Below are positions 21,549-32,000 of a stretch of 32,000 nt of DNA, in pieces. The DNA lies in NCBI RefSeq assembly GCF_000195855.1, contig NC_002677.1:150001-182000 (forward strand), in the 5' to 3' direction. The notes beneath the pieces were generated by a model. The model did no database searches. It saw nothing but the letters and a program-made list of their open reading frames with translations, and was not told the origin of the DNA. The position numbers and the translations under genes are program-made. Each line of letters opens with the position of its first letter. Positions within the stretch are counted from its first letter, which is position 1. This DNA is from Mycobacterium leprae TN. GTDB taxonomy: Bacteria; Actinomycetota; Actinomycetes; Mycobacteriales; Mycobacteriaceae.

Positions 21549-22904
21549 CGTCGCCCGTGTAGGCTACCGGCGTCGAGGTGGGGGATACTAAAGCGCTTTA
21601 GATGTTGCCAGCGAGGTGGGAAAGGATGCCGGTATGAGCACGGCACCGGATACTGTACCCGAGTGCCAGTCCCGTAGGATGCGGATCCTCTTTATCGCGG
21701 AAGCAGTTACCCTGTCCACCGTTGTGCGGCCGTTTGCCGTGGCGCGCTTGCTTGACCCAAGCCGGTATGAGGTGCACTTCGCCTGCGATCCACGGTACAA
21801 CAACCTGTTGGGTCCGTTGCCTTTCCCTCACCACCCGATCCACACCGTCCCCAGTGAGTGGGTTCTCACCAGGATCGCTCAGGGCCGACTTTTCTATACT
21901 ACCCGGACGCTGCGGAAGTACGTCGAGGAGGACAGCAAATTGCTGTCCGAGATCGAACCGGACCTCGTGGTCGGTGACGCTCGCTGGTCGCTGTCCGTTA
22001 GCGCCCGACTAGCAAGTATTCCCTATATTGCAATCGCCAATGCCTACTGGAGTTCCCACGCCCGCCGCCGATTGCCGCTGCCGGACGTGCTGTGGACCCG
22101 GATCCTGGGTGTTAGGCTGGTGAACATCTTATTCAGGCTATACAGCCCATTGATCTTCGCTATCTATTGTTTGCCGCTCAACTGGGTCCGCCGCAAGCAC
22201 GGGTTGCCGAGCCTGGGTTCAAATATTGGTTGCATTTACACCGATGGTGATTACACGCTTTATGCCGACGTGCCCGAATTGGTGCCGACGTACGATCTGC
22301 CGGCCAACCATCAGTATCTCGGACCTGTTCTTTGGTCGCCTGCTGGAGAGTTGCCGAGATGGTGGGATTCGCTGCCAACCGACCGGCCGATCGTCTATGC
22401 AACGTTAGGCACTTCCGGTGGTAAGAATCTGTTGCAGGTGGTGTTGGATGCCTTAGCTGACTTGCCGGTGACGGTGATCGCTGCCACCGCTGGTCGCAGT
22501 GAGCTGCAGAATGTTCCCGCCAACGCCTTCGTGGCGGATTACTTGCCAGGCGAGGCTGCCGCAGCACGCTCTGCTGTGGTGATATGCAACGGTGGTAGTT
22601 TGACGACGCAGCAGGCCTTCGTAGCCGGGGTGCCGGTGGTCGGGATCGCCGGTAACCTGGACCAACACCTGAATATGGAAGCCGTTGAGGCGGCCGGCGC
22701 AGGTATCTTGCTGCGAAGTGAGCGGCTCAAGGTCCGGCGGGTGGCGGACGCGGTAAATCGGGTGCTTGGTCAGTCCGAATATCGGCAAGCTGCCCAGCGA
22801 CTCGCCGAAGTGTTGGAGCGACACGTTGCTGGACTCCCGCAGCACATGGAGAATGTGTTGCACACCGTATCGCAGAACCCGCCCCCGACATCGCTGGCCA
22901 GACA
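21549..22904 (+). repeat. Copy B of the long direct repeat, paired with 17531..18889
   Basis: See copy A; the portion 22236..22904 appears identical to 18221..18889. Confidence 0.92.
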
Positions 22905-22923
22905 AAACGAAACTACGACCTAG
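21634..22923 (+). CDS. GT-B (GT1) glycosyltransferase, PGL rhamnosyltransferase paralogue, copy B (N-terminal half Rv2958c-like)
   Basis: [40 protein letters not shown]...[23 protein letters not shown]...; C-terminal half the same protein sequence as copy A until SLARQ. Confidence 0.93.
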   Translation: MSTAPDTVPECQSRRMRILFIAEAVTLSTVVRPFAVARLLDPSRYEVHFACDPRYNNLLGPLPFPHHPIHTVPSEWVLTRIAQGRLFYTTRTLRKYVEEDSKLLSEIEPDLVVGDARWSLSVSARLASIPYIAIANAYWSSHARRRLPLPDVLWTRILGVRLVNILFRLYSPLIFAIYCLPLNWVRRKHGLPSLGSNIGCIYTDGDYTLYADVPELVPTYDLPANHQYLGPVLWSPAGELPRWWDSLPTDRPIVYATLGTSGGKNLLQVVLDALADLPVTVIAATAGRSELQNVPANAFVADYLPGEAAAARSAVVICNGGSLTTQQAFVAGVPVVGIAGNLDQHLNMEAVEAAGAGILLRSERLKVRRVADAVNRVLGQSEYRQAAQRLAEVLERHVAGLPQHMENVLHTVSQNPPPTSLARQNETTT

Positions 22924-23169
22924 CTATCAGCTAAGAATATCATGTGACCCTTGAATTACTCGTCGACCGTAGGTCGAGGCGCTTAATGGCGCTACCTCAC
23001 TTGCGCGCGCGAGCGCTTCTTAACCTGAGGCTGTGTTGCGTGCCTAACGGATTTCTCGCCCCAGAGTGCCGAAAGTCGTGATTCCGGGTCCACTTTGCTT
23101 GACCACGACTAGCTTCTAGGTTCGTCTTTTGCCACAGCCGGTGCGCCTTGGCGGTGACCGGATTGAGTG

Positions 23170-24426
23170 TCAGCTCAGCCGGGTTGTCCCTATGACCACG
23201 CCTGCGCTGGGGAGCCGCGTCAGCAGCGCCTCGCCCATCGCCGCGGCGGGAGTAAGCACACCCCGCAGCTCGGAGAGCCGATCGCGATCGAGCGCCAGTG
23301 TCAGACCACTTGCGGCAAGCAGCCCCGCTGTCGACTTGTACGCGTCAACGTTGTGCGCGAAAGTCGCCATATAGCGTGCACCGGTGGTTGTCGTGGTGTA
23401 TGTCTCGAACGTGTAATGGCCCCGCGCTTGAGTTTTTCGGCTTGGACCAGTGCCTGATTTGGGTGTGACGCGTTCCACTACCCGCCGGGGTAATCGGTTG
23501 AAATACTTGTTTCCCAAGCCGACAGCACCAGCCACAACACTGGTGACAGCTGCAGAAGCAACTGGTGCCGCCCACGACTTGCCCAGACTCATCGTCTCTG
23601 AGTATCGGAATTGCCGGCCATAGGACCAATTCTGTAATGCATTGCTACGCCGAACAATTCGAGTATTGAATTGGGCTTGAACAAATCCCCCGGTCCAGAA
23701 TCCGGCAAGTTCGGGGGCCAGATCACTTCCTCGATGCCGGGGAAAGTCTGGCTGCGGACCCAGGTCAGGTTCGGCGTCTCGGTCTGTGGTCAGAGTATAT
23801 GGGTCGGTGACGAGCCGAAGGGCCTCGGGATCGTTGGATGTAGTCAGCATTGCCTCCGAATATGCCGCAACTGAGCCACCGGAAACCCAGCGCTGAGAGA
23901 ACGAGCGAAGCACAAGGTCGGTGTCGCAGAGTTCACCGGTGCGGTCTTCGATCACCCGGCGGTACAGCTGGTAAACGTTTAGATCTGAAGGGACCGAATC
24001 GAATCCGCACGCCAAGATTATCCGGGCGCCAGTGGCGGCTGCTTGTTTGTGGTGCAAATCAATACTGTTTCGGCAAAACATCAGTTCGCCGGTCAAGTCG
24101 GCATAGTCCGTTCCAGTTCTCGCGCAGGCCGCCACCAGCGGCAGTCCGTAGCGCGTATACGGCCCAACAGTCGTTAGCACCACCTGGGCTCGACCCGCCA
24201 TCGCCTCGAGCGTCGACGGTTGTGACGCGTCGGCGACAATCAGCGGCCAGTCCTGTGCGTTTGGGCCTAACAGCGCCCGCACGTTCCGTAACCGTTCGCT
24301 TGACCGGCCGGCCAGCGCGATCCGTGCTGTGGACTCGCTAAGTGCGAGATGTTCGGCGGTCAACTTGCCAGAGAAGCCTGTAGCGCCGTACAAAACAATG
24401 TCGAACTCACGCTTATCTGGGCTCAT
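23170..24426 (-). CDS. Trans-acting enoyl reductase of PDIM/PGL biosynthesis (Rv2953-like, saccharopine-dehydrogenase-like fold)
   Basis: 418 aa; FDIVLYGATGFSGKLTAEHLALS nucleotide-binding motif; GTDYADLTGE; ARIILACGFDSVPSDL. Confidence 0.93.
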   Translation of the reverse strand: MSPDKREFDIVLYGATGFSGKLTAEHLALSESTARIALAGRSSERLRNVRALLGPNAQDWPLIVADASQPSTLEAMAGRAQVVLTTVGPYTRYGLPLVAACARTGTDYADLTGELMFCRNSIDLHHKQAAATGARIILACGFDSVPSDLNVYQLYRRVIEDRTGELCDTDLVLRSFSQRWVSGGSVAAYSEAMLTTSNDPEALRLVTDPYTLTTDRDAEPDLGPQPDFPRHRGSDLAPELAGFWTGGFVQAQFNTRIVRRSNALQNWSYGRQFRYSETMSLGKSWAAPVASAAVTSVVAGAVGLGNKYFNRLPRRVVERVTPKSGTGPSRKTQARGHYTFETYTTTTTGARYMATFAHNVDAYKSTAGLLAASGLTLALDRDRLSELRGVLTPAAAMGEALLTRLPSAGVVIGTTRLS

Positions 24427-24465
24427 CCGGGTGACACTACCCGAGTGCTTGCAATCGACGCAGCC

Positions 24466-25278
24466 TCAGTCCTTGGCGAAGGAGTACATCCGATATGACA
24501 GCTCCCCGCCCTCCAGGTAACGGGACAACTGCGTGCCTTGCACACCAATGAACTCGCGGCCAGCGAAGCGCAGGAAGGCCGGCAGATGTCGATCGACTAG
24601 GTCTCGAGATTTTTGTGAATTGCTCGCAATGCCACGAAGGACCTCGGCATTGATTTCTCTCTGTGAAAGTTGTTGCAATCGGCTATTGGCGAAGTCAACT
24701 TCCCATTCACCGACTTTATTACTGGGCCGCAGGTCGGCGTAGGCTAAGTGCCCTCCTGGGCGCAGCACGCGAACAACCTCAGCAAGAAAGCGTGGAAAGT
24801 GCGGGTAGCAGTGCGAGGCTTCGATATTGATTACCACGTCGAAGGATTCATTGTCGAAGGGCAGGTTTTCGGCGTCCCCTCGCACAAATTCTAACCCAGG
24901 CAGCTGGTGTCGCTTTTGGCACAGCTTGATGCCTGCCGGATTCAAGTCCAGCCCCGTGTAGGAGGCTGGGTGCAAGGCACGGGTGAGGTACGAAGCTCCG
25001 CCGCCGTGACCGCAACTAACTTCCAGTATTCGTTTGCCGCTCAGATTGACCTGAGTCGCTGTGCGGTGGTACAGGTTGATGTGGGCCCGGTTGGGCTCGT
25101 CAGATGCCTCCAGTGGCAAGGCCATCGGTGGATCCTCTTCATAGGCCCAGTTGATGAACATAATTTCGTCGGTGCCGAGCTTATGCGTCATTAGCGGGTA
25201 CCAGAACCTCCAAACCCTCTTGTACATGGAGGTATTGCCTGCGCTGGCGAGAAAGCTATGGATTCGCGTGAAGGCCAT
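24466..25278 (-). CDS. Phthiotriol/phenolphthiotriol dimycocerosates methyltransferase (Rv2952-like)
   Basis: [32 protein letters not shown] motif; conserved C-terminus [36 protein letters not shown] at 25278 ([14 protein letters not shown]) matches the family N-terminus. Confidence 0.93.
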   Translation of the reverse strand: MAFTRIHSFLASAGNTSMYKRVWRFWYPLMTHKLGTDEIMFINWAYEEDPPMALPLEASDEPNRAHINLYHRTATQVNLSGKRILEVSCGHGGGASYLTRALHPASYTGLDLNPAGIKLCQKRHQLPGLEFVRGDAENLPFDNESFDVVINIEASHCYPHFPRFLAEVVRVLRPGGHLAYADLRPSNKVGEWEVDFANSRLQQLSQREINAEVLRGIASNSQKSRDLVDRHLPAFLRFAGREFIGVQGTQLSRYLEGGELSYRMYSFAKD

Positions 25279-25440
25279 GGGTAAGGAGTATGGCAAAAAC
25301 TTTGGGTGGCTGCCATGGCACGCGGCGTGAGTTTGCCGCCGAGGCGTTGTTTGGAATGCCTGGGCGCAGGAAGCGGCTGCCGCTGCGGTAATGTCGTCGA
25401 CATGACGTTAGTCGACAGCACGGAACGGGGACAATGAGCT

Positions 25441-26589
25441 GTGGCTGGATTTCGTTTCGGCTTTGTTGATGCGCTTGTGCATACGCTATTTCCACCAAGC
25501 CTGCCGGCGCGGGCCAGTATCGTGTCCGGCGCAGTACTGGGCGCTGATTCGTACTGGGTCGGCGATCATTTGAACGCGCTGGTGCCGCGTTCAGTCGCAA
25601 CACCTAAATACCTCGGAGTTGCGGCGAAGGTGGTACCCAAGATCGACGCCAACTATGAGCCGTGGACGATGCTGGGAAACCTCGCCGCTGGGAATCGGCT
25701 CAACGGCCTGCGACTGGGTGTGTGCGTCACTGACGCTGGTCGCCGCAATCCAGCAGTCACGGCGCAAGCCGCTGCTACTCTGCATCTACTTACCCGGGGC
25801 AAAGCCATGCTTGGTATCGGTGTTGGGGAGCGTGAAGGCAACGAGCCTTACGGCGTAGAGTGGACAAAGCCCGTTGCGCGGTTCCAAGAAGCTTTGGCTA
25901 CAATTCGCGCGTTGTGGGATTCAAACGGGGAACTGGTTTCGCGTGAATCTCAATTCTTTCCTCTACATAACGCCTTGTTCGATCTTCCGCCATATCGTGG
26001 GAAATGGCCCGAAATCTGGGTCGCGGCACACGGGCCGCGGATGCTGCAGGCCACTGGACGCTATGCCGACGCCTGGATTCCGATTGTTTTGGTTCGTCCC
26101 ACCGACTACAGTTGTGCACTCGAAGTTGTGCGTACCGCGGCGTCCGACGCTGGACGTGACCCAATGTCGATTACCCCTGCTGCTGTGCGCGGTATCATCA
26201 CTGGTCGGACTCGCGATGACGTGGATGAGGCGTTGGACTCTGTCCTCGTGAGAATGATCGCGCTCGGAGTACCTGGGGAAGCTTGGGCGCGCCACGGTGT
26301 TGAGCATCCAATGGGAGCCGATTTCGCTGGTGTGCAGGACATCATTCCTCAAACCATAGATGAGGAGACAGTTGTGTCATATGCGGCTAAAGTCCCGGCC
26401 GCACTTATGAAAGAAGTCCTTTTTAGTGGGACGCCTGAGGAAGTCATCGATCAAGTAGCGGAATGGCGCGATCACGGCCTGAAGTATCTAGTTGTTATCA
26501 ACGGCAGTCTAGTTAACTCGAGTTTGCGTAAGACTGTTTCGGCGCTCCTGCCGCACGCCAGGGTACTGCGTGGACTCAAGAAACTGTGA
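25441..26589 (+). CDS. Luciferase-like (F420-dependent) phthiodiolone/phenolphthiodiolone ketoreductase (Rv2951c-like)
   Basis: 382 aa from GTG 25441; [44 protein letters not shown]. Confidence 0.93.
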
Positions 26590-27352
26590 CCGACTCAAGA
26601 AGTTGTGATCTACCCCATCATGGGTAGAAGATGTTAGGTAGTCTGACCTAGGCTGTTTAGCGCGCCAAAAACGGCTAGTGGTAGGTCGTTTCGGCTTGTC
26701 AGGACTAGAGTTCAAGCATGTTTTTCAAAGGCATCGCAAGATTGCCAAGATTGCAGCGTTAGCATGCCGTTATCTAGTCTGGGTCAGACTACCGACTTGC
26801 GTGTAGTTTGTGTACATTAAGGTGTTTTCCTGCGGCCAGCGAAGTATGAGCTTGGTCACTTTCCGTTGCGCGAATGGGAACGACGGGCAAAGGCGCATTG
26901 TTCTCTGCCGCAACGGATTTGCTACGATTCGCGCGAGTGTAGGACATGCTGCACTGCGTGGGCTGGCCAATCATGATTCTGTCGCCATGACTTGTCTCGT
27001 GACGCGTGTTCCGCCAGAATCAGTCCCGAGACCGGATCGAAGGGTGTCAACGCAGACGCCACTCGGCCTTCGGTGCGATCGACAGGTCAACTTCGAAGGC
27101 TAGATCAATAGGACGGGCCAAGTTGCCCCCAACCTTGTATCACACAAACCCGGGGTCCTGCTAGCGCTGATGCTGCGCAGGGTAATCAGCTTAGTTGTTT
27201 CGGCAAAAAGTCACGTCCTTTACCCCGCTATCGTGGGGCCTCATCAGATTTCGCGTCGCGGAGCCGGGCCAAGTATGAAGCGTCGACTCGGATTCGAGGA
27301 CACGGTAGCGAAACGGTCTTACCTTCTTGCCGTCAAGAGCCGAAGGATCATC

Positions 27353-29212
27353 ATGAAAGCGAATGTGTCATTTCACGCTAGGGGTGAGGTGGCAACGCAA
27401 CCTGCGCAGGGCCCACCTGAGCAAACGGGACAACTGGTCAACGGGACTGCAACGCGATTCGCGATGGGCGAGTCGATGCTCACCGATCTGTTGCAGAAAG
27501 CAGCCAGCCAGTTCCCCAATCGTGCGGCGTACAAGTTCATCGACTATGACGTGGATCCAGCGGGATTTACCGAAACTCTGACATGGTGGCAGGTCTATAG
27601 ACGCTCGATGAGCGTGGCGTATGAGCTCAGGATCTACGCGTCGGACGGCGATCGGGTCGCTATATTGGCCCCGCAGGGGCTTGAATACATAGTTGCCTTT
27701 ATGGGAGCGCTTCAGGCCGGTCTCATTGCTGTTCCTCTTCCAGCGCCTCAATTTGGCATTCATGACGAACGAATTTCTGCAGCATTGCGGGATTCTTTGC
27801 CCAGCGTAATTATTACGACCTCGGCGGCCATCGTTGAGGTCACAAAATATGCGCCACATGCACGCTCTGCGCAAGGCTCTGCGCCGGTCGTCGTGGCGGT
27901 GGACGTGCTGGACCTGGACTCTCCACGAGAGCTCGATCCGAGTCGGTATGAGCGTCTGAATACGGCATATCTGCAGTACACATCGGGGTCCACCCGAGCA
28001 CCGGCTGGTGTTATCGTTTCGCACAAGAACGTCATCACCAACTGTGTACAGTTAATGTCTGACTATTTGGGGGATATAGAGAAAGTTCCGTCAACTGCTG
28101 TCTCGTGGTTGCCGTTTTACCACGACATGGGGTTGATCCTGGGCGTCATTCTACCGATGGTCAATCAAGACACTGCGGTGTTGTTGAGTCCGATGGCATT
28201 TTTGCAGAGACCGGCTCGCTGGATGCAATTACTGGGAAAATATCGCGGTCAGATTTCTTGTGCGCCGAATTTTGGTTTCGAATTAGCGGTGCGCAGAACG
28301 TCGGATGACGATATGGCTGGACTTGATCTTGGACACGTGCGGGCGATTGCCACTGGGGCCGAACGCGTAAACGCTGCGACGCTCCAGCGTTTCACCGAAC
28401 GGTTTGCCCGCTTCAACCTAGATGAGACGGCAATTCGACCGTCATACGGGCTTGCCGAGGCGACGGTGTACGTGGCTACAGCTGGGCCAGGACGCCCACC
28501 TAAAAGCATCTGTTTCGACTACCAGCATTTGTCGGCCGGTAAGGCTAAGCGTAGCGCCAACGGCGCGGGTGATGGTGTGAACTTGGTCAGTTATGGCGCG
28601 CCGCGGGCGTCGGTACTGCGGATAGTTGACCCCGATACCAGGATTGAGACCTCGGAGGGGACGGTCGGGGAAATCTGGGTGCAGGGGGACAACGTTGCTC
28701 GTGGTTATTGGCGCAACCCCGAAAACACTGAGCGGACGTTCGGTGGACAACTTGTCAATCCTTCGCCTGGTACACCAGACGGCCCGTGGCTGCGCACCGA
28801 AGACCTCGGCGTCATTTTTGAAGGCGAACTGTTCATCACGGGTCGTATCAAGGATCTCTTGGTCGTGGATGGGTCCAACCACTATCCGGATGACATCGAG
28901 GCGACGATCCAGGAAATCACCGGTGGTCGGGTTGTGGCGATAGCTGTTCCGGATGATTGCACTGAGCAGTTGGTCACCATCATCGAACTCACAAAGTGGG
29001 GTTACGCGGATTGTGATGCGATGGAAAAGCTGTGCACGGTCAAACGTGAGGTCACCTCCGCGGTATCCAAGTCGCACCGGGTGCGTGTTGCGGACGTCGT
29101 TATCGTGGCTCCGGGTTCAATTCCTGTCACCACCAGCGGCAAGGTTCGACGTGCAGCCTGTGTCGAGCGTTATCTAAACCACGAATTCAACCGTCTAGAC
29201 GCTACGGCATGA
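27353..29212 (+). CDS. fadD29: Long-chain fatty-acyl-AMP ligase FadD29 (p-hydroxyphenylalkanoate activation for PGL)
   Basis: 619 aa from ATG 27353 (MKANVSFHARGEVATQPA); YLQYTSGSTRAPAGVIVSHKNV; C-terminal GKVRRAACVERYLNHEFNRLD. Confidence 0.95.
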   Translation: MKANVSFHARGEVATQPAQGPPEQTGQLVNGTATRFAMGESMLTDLLQKAASQFPNRAAYKFIDYDVDPAGFTETLTWWQVYRRSMSVAYELRIYASDGDRVAILAPQGLEYIVAFMGALQAGLIAVPLPAPQFGIHDERISAALRDSLPSVIITTSAAIVEVTKYAPHARSAQGSAPVVVAVDVLDLDSPRELDPSRYERLNTAYLQYTSGSTRAPAGVIVSHKNVITNCVQLMSDYLGDIEKVPSTAVSWLPFYHDMGLILGVILPMVNQDTAVLLSPMAFLQRPARWMQLLGKYRGQISCAPNFGFELAVRRTSDDDMAGLDLGHVRAIATGAERVNAATLQRFTERFARFNLDETAIRPSYGLAEATVYVATAGPGRPPKSICFDYQHLSAGKAKRSANGAGDGVNLVSYGAPRASVLRIVDPDTRIETSEGTVGEIWVQGDNVARGYWRNPENTERTFGGQLVNPSPGTPDGPWLRTEDLGVIFEGELFITGRIKDLLVVDGSNHYPDDIEATIQEITGGRVVAIAVPDDCTEQLVTIIELTKWGYADCDAMEKLCTVKREVTSAVSKSHRVRVADVVIVAPGSIPVTTSGKVRRAACVERYLNHEFNRLDATA

Positions 29213-29255
29213 ATGCCCACGTATGTGGGTTGTCCACTTTACCCCGGGATGAGCA

Positions 29256-29888
29256 ATGACCAATCGTACTCTGTCTAGGGAAGAAATCCGAAAGCTCGAT
29301 CGCGACCTTCGGATACTTGTCGCAACGAATGGTACCCTCACGCGGGTTCTCAACGTGGTTGCTAACGAAGAGATCGTCGTCGATATTATCAATCAACAAC
29401 TTCTCGATGTAGCCCCGAAAATACCTGAATTAGAGAACTTGAAAATTGGTCGGATTCTTCAGCGTGACATCTTGCTTAAGGGCCAGAAATCAGGAATACT
29501 GTTTGTTGCTGCGGAATCATTGATTGTCATTGATTTATTGCCCACCGCAATTACCACGTACTTGACGAAGACCCATCATCCTATCGGCGAGATTATGGCA
29601 GCGAGCCGTATCGAGACTTATAAGGAGGACGCTCAGGTCTGGATAGGGGATTTACCGTGTTGGCTCGCAGACTACGGATATTGGGATTTACCAAAAAGAG
29701 CTGTTGGTCGCCGATACAGGATCATAGCTGGAGGTCAACCGGTTATTATTACCACCGAGTATTTTCTTCGAAGTGTATTCCAAGACACTCCGCGTGAAGA
29801 ACTCGATCGTTGCCAGTATTCAAATGACATTGACACCAGGAGTGGAGATCGCTTTGTCCTTCATGGTCGAGTCTTTAAAAATCTCTAG
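29256..29888 (+). CDS. Chorismate pyruvate-lyase (Rv2949c-like), makes p-hydroxybenzoate
   Basis: 210 aa; REEIRKLDRDLRILVATNGTLTRVLNVVANEEIVVDI...FVAAESLIVIDLLP...VGRRYRIIAGGQPVIITTEYFLRSVF. Confidence 0.93.
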   Translation: MTNRTLSREEIRKLDRDLRILVATNGTLTRVLNVVANEEIVVDIINQQLLDVAPKIPELENLKIGRILQRDILLKGQKSGILFVAAESLIVIDLLPTAITTYLTKTHHPIGEIMAASRIETYKEDAQVWIGDLPCWLADYGYWDLPKRAVGRRYRIIAGGQPVIITTEYFLRSVFQDTPREELDRCQYSNDIDTRSGDRFVLHGRVFKNL

Positions 29889-30026
29889 TGCTAACAATGT
29901 CAGATTGCAGTCCTCGAGTCTGTGGAATGAAATTGCCTTGTGTGTAGTGTCACCAAATAGATATTTGTTCGTTCGACAAGCCAGAAAGACTATAAACTTA
30001 GAGCGGGCTAGGGTGGTTATCCGATA

Positions 30027-32000
30027 ATGCGGAGTGAAAACCTCGCAGCACTACTCGCTCGACAGGCAGCAGAAGCGGGATGGTACGACAAGCCCGCCTA
30101 CTTTGCTCCGGACGTCGTGACTCATGGTCAGATCCATGACGGTGCGGTGCGTCTTGGAGAAGTGCTAAGAAACCGCGGCCTTTCAGCAGGCGATCGAGTC
30201 CTGCTATGTCTCCCTGATTCGCCGGACCTAGTCCAGCTCTTGCTGGCCTGTTTGGCTCGCGGGATCATGGCGTTCCTGGCGAATCCGGAGCTCCATCGCG
30301 ATGACTACGCGTTTCCGGAGCGCGACACCGCCGCGGCGCTTGTTATCACAAATGGTTCGCTCCGCGATCGGTTTCAATCATCGAACGTGGTAGAACCCGC
30401 TGAGCTGTTGTCCGATGCGACCCGAGTTGAGCCGAGTGACTACGAACCGGTGAGTGGTGATGCGTATGCGTTCGCTACATACACATCCGGCACCACGGGT
30501 AAGCCAAAGGCGGCGATCCATCGGCACGCCGATCCGTTCACGTTTGTCGACGCGATGTGTCGTAAAGCGTTGCGGCTCACTCCTCAAGATATCGGTTTAT
30601 GTAGCGCCCGCATGTATTTTGCTTATGGCCTAGGCAATTCGGTCTGGTTTCCGCTCGCGACAGGCGGGTCCGCGGTTATCAGTTCAGTGCCGGTCAGTGC
30701 GGAATCTGCTGCCATGTTAAGTACTCGATTCGAGCCATCGGTGCTTTACGGTGTACCAAGTTTCTTTGCAAGAGTTGTCGGTGCATGTTCTCCGGACTCT
30801 TTCCGTTCGTTGCGCTGTGTGGTAACCGCAGGAGAGGCTCTTGAGCCGGCTCTCGCCGAGCGGCTTGTGGAATTCTTTGGCGGTATTCCTATTCTGGACG
30901 GAATTGGATCTTCGGAAGTTGGCCAGACATTCGTATCGAATAGTGTTGACGACTGGCGTGTGGGGACTCTAGGAAAGGTTCTTCCTCCCTACGAGATTCG
31001 TGTTGTAGCGCCGGATGGAGCAACCGCTGGTTCTGGGATTGAGGGGAACCTGTGGGTCCGCGGACCATCGATCGCACAGTCCTATTGGAATCGTCCCGAT
31101 TCGCTGCTGGAGAATGGGGATTGGCTGAACACGCGGGATAGGGTACGTATCGACGGTGACGGGTGGGTTACGTACGGTTGCCGTGCGGATGACACGGAAA
31201 TCGTTGGAGGCGTCAACATTAATCCTCGGGAGGTTGAGCGGCTCATTATTGAGGCCGACGCCGTGGCGGAGGCCGCGGTTGTTGGAGTAAGGGAGTTCAC
31301 CGGCGCGTCTACGCTGCAGGCGTTTTTGGTTCCGGCGGTCGGTGCGTTCATTGATGAATCGGTTATGCGAGACGTCCACCGGCGATTGCTTACCCAACTG
31401 ACTGCTTTCAAGGTGCCGCATAGATTTGCTATTATCGAGCGGCTCCCGCGATCTACGAACGGGAAATTGTTACGTAACGTGCTTCGTGCCCAGAGTCCAA
31501 CGAAACCGATTTGGGAACTTTCGTTGACCGAGTCTCAGTCCGCCACGAAGGCACAGCTTGACGGTCGGCCGGCATCGAACGCGCATGCGCAGGCTGCTGT
31601 GGGACATGCCGCCGGGGCAACGCTCAAACAGCGGTTGTCTGCTTTGCAGCAAGAACGTGAGCGGCTGGTCGTGGAGGCCGTCTGTGCGGAGGCCGTTAAG
31701 ATGTTGGGCGAGTCGGATCCTGGATTGATCAATCGGGATCTCGCTTTCTCGGATCTGGGTTTCGATTCACAAATGACAGTCACGCTGTGTAATCGATTGG
31801 CGGTAGTTACCGGCCTGCGGCTGCCCGAAACGGTCGGGTGGGATTACGGCTCGATATCGGGCCTCTCCCGGTATTTAGAGGCTGAATTGTCCGGTGTGCG
31901 TAGTCGGCCGGAAACGCCTCTTTCAGCGAATTCCGGCGCGAAGGGCCTCTCGCCAATCGACGAGGAGTTGAAGAAAGTCGAAGAGATGGTGGTGGCGATT
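30027..32000 (+). CDS. fadD22: p-Hydroxybenzoyl-AMP ligase with C-terminal acyl-carrier domain, FadD22 (runs past window end)
   Basis: Open frame from ATG 30027 to 32000: [26 protein letters not shown]...[18 protein letters not shown]...; carrier-domain motif [18 protein letters not shown] near 31750-31800. Confidence 0.95.
   Translation, partial: MRSENLAALLARQAAEAGWYDKPAYFAPDVVTHGQIHDGAVRLGEVLRNRGLSAGDRVLLCLPDSPDLVQLLLACLARGIMAFLANPELHRDDYAFPERDTAAALVITNGSLRDRFQSSNVVEPAELLSDATRVEPSDYEPVSGDAYAFATYTSGTTGKPKAAIHRHADPFTFVDAMCRKALRLTPQDIGLCSARMYFAYGLGNSVWFPLATGGSAVISSVPVSAESAAMLSTRFEPSVLYGVPSFFARVVGACSPDSFRSLRCVVTAGEALEPALAERLVEFFGGIPILDGIGSSEVGQTFVSNSVDDWRVGTLGKVLPPYEIRVVAPDGATAGSGIEGNLWVRGPSIAQSYWNRPDSLLENGDWLNTRDRVRIDGDGWVTYGCRADDTEIVGGVNINPREVERLIIEADAVAEAAVVGVREFTGASTLQAFLVPAVGAFIDESVMRDVHRRLLTQLTAFKVPHRFAIIERLPRSTNGKLLRNVLRAQSPTKPIWELSLTESQSATKAQLDGRPASNAHAQAAVGHAAGATLKQRLSALQQERERLVVEAVCAEAVKMLGESDPGLINRDLAFSDLGFDSQMTVTLCNRLAVVTGLRLPETVGWDYGSISGLSRYLEAELSGVRSRPETPLSANSGAKGLSPIDEELKKVEEMVVAI

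Noticed and set aside
22453-22905. Minus-strand 150-aa ORF (and its partner 18438..18848) inside the glycosyltransferase genes
   Set aside because: Antisense to strongly supported CDSs; similar in both copies only because the underlying DNA is duplicated. Typical high-GC shadow ORFs.
23850-24341. Plus-strand 163-aa ORF
   Set aside because: Entirely antisense to the intact trans-acting enoyl reductase; no domain signature.
27170-27352. 61-codon N-terminal extension of FadD29
   Set aside because: Conserved family start is MKANVSFHA at 27353; upstream is probably leader DNA.

Overview
This window matches a reduced, pseudogene-rich Mycobacterium genome, with gene content and order like the leprosy bacillus (M. 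leprae, or possibly M. lepromatosis; not resolvable by eye). Left part (about 1-12.6 kb): an arabinogalactan/cell-wall block with dprE2 (partial), dprE1, a GtrA protein, a decayed Rv3788-like gene, wzm, glfT1, wzt, bpa, an Rv3779-like membrane protein, an Rv3778c-like class-V fold protein, a quinone oxidoreductase, tRNA-Ser(UGA), lipE and echA21. Middle (about 12.6-16.9 kb): mostly decayed DNA holding a hisC2/pat relic, an aminoglycoside-phosphotransferase-like relic, and two intact tRNAs (Ser-GCU, Arg-ACG). Right part (about 16.9-32 kb): an SRPBCC protein, then a phenolic glycolipid (PGL) / phthiocerol-dimycocerosate locus. That locus has two paralogous GT-B glycosyltransferases, two methyltransferases, a trans-acting enoyl reductase, the (phenol)phthiotriol methyltransferase, a phthiodiolone-ketoreductase-type LLM enzyme, fadD29, chorismate pyruvate-lyase and fadD22 (truncated by the window end). 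The pathway itself is known. The most interesting direct observation is that the two PGL glycosyltransferase genes form a mosaic pair. They share an apparently identical leader containing a 14-bp palindrome and an apparently identical ~0.67 kb 3' half, while differences cluster in short patches of the N-terminal half. One patch removes the His at the usual GT1 catalytic-base position in one copy. I did not find evidence of a wholly novel system. Database names are recalled from knowledge of M. tuberculosis proteins; no search was run.
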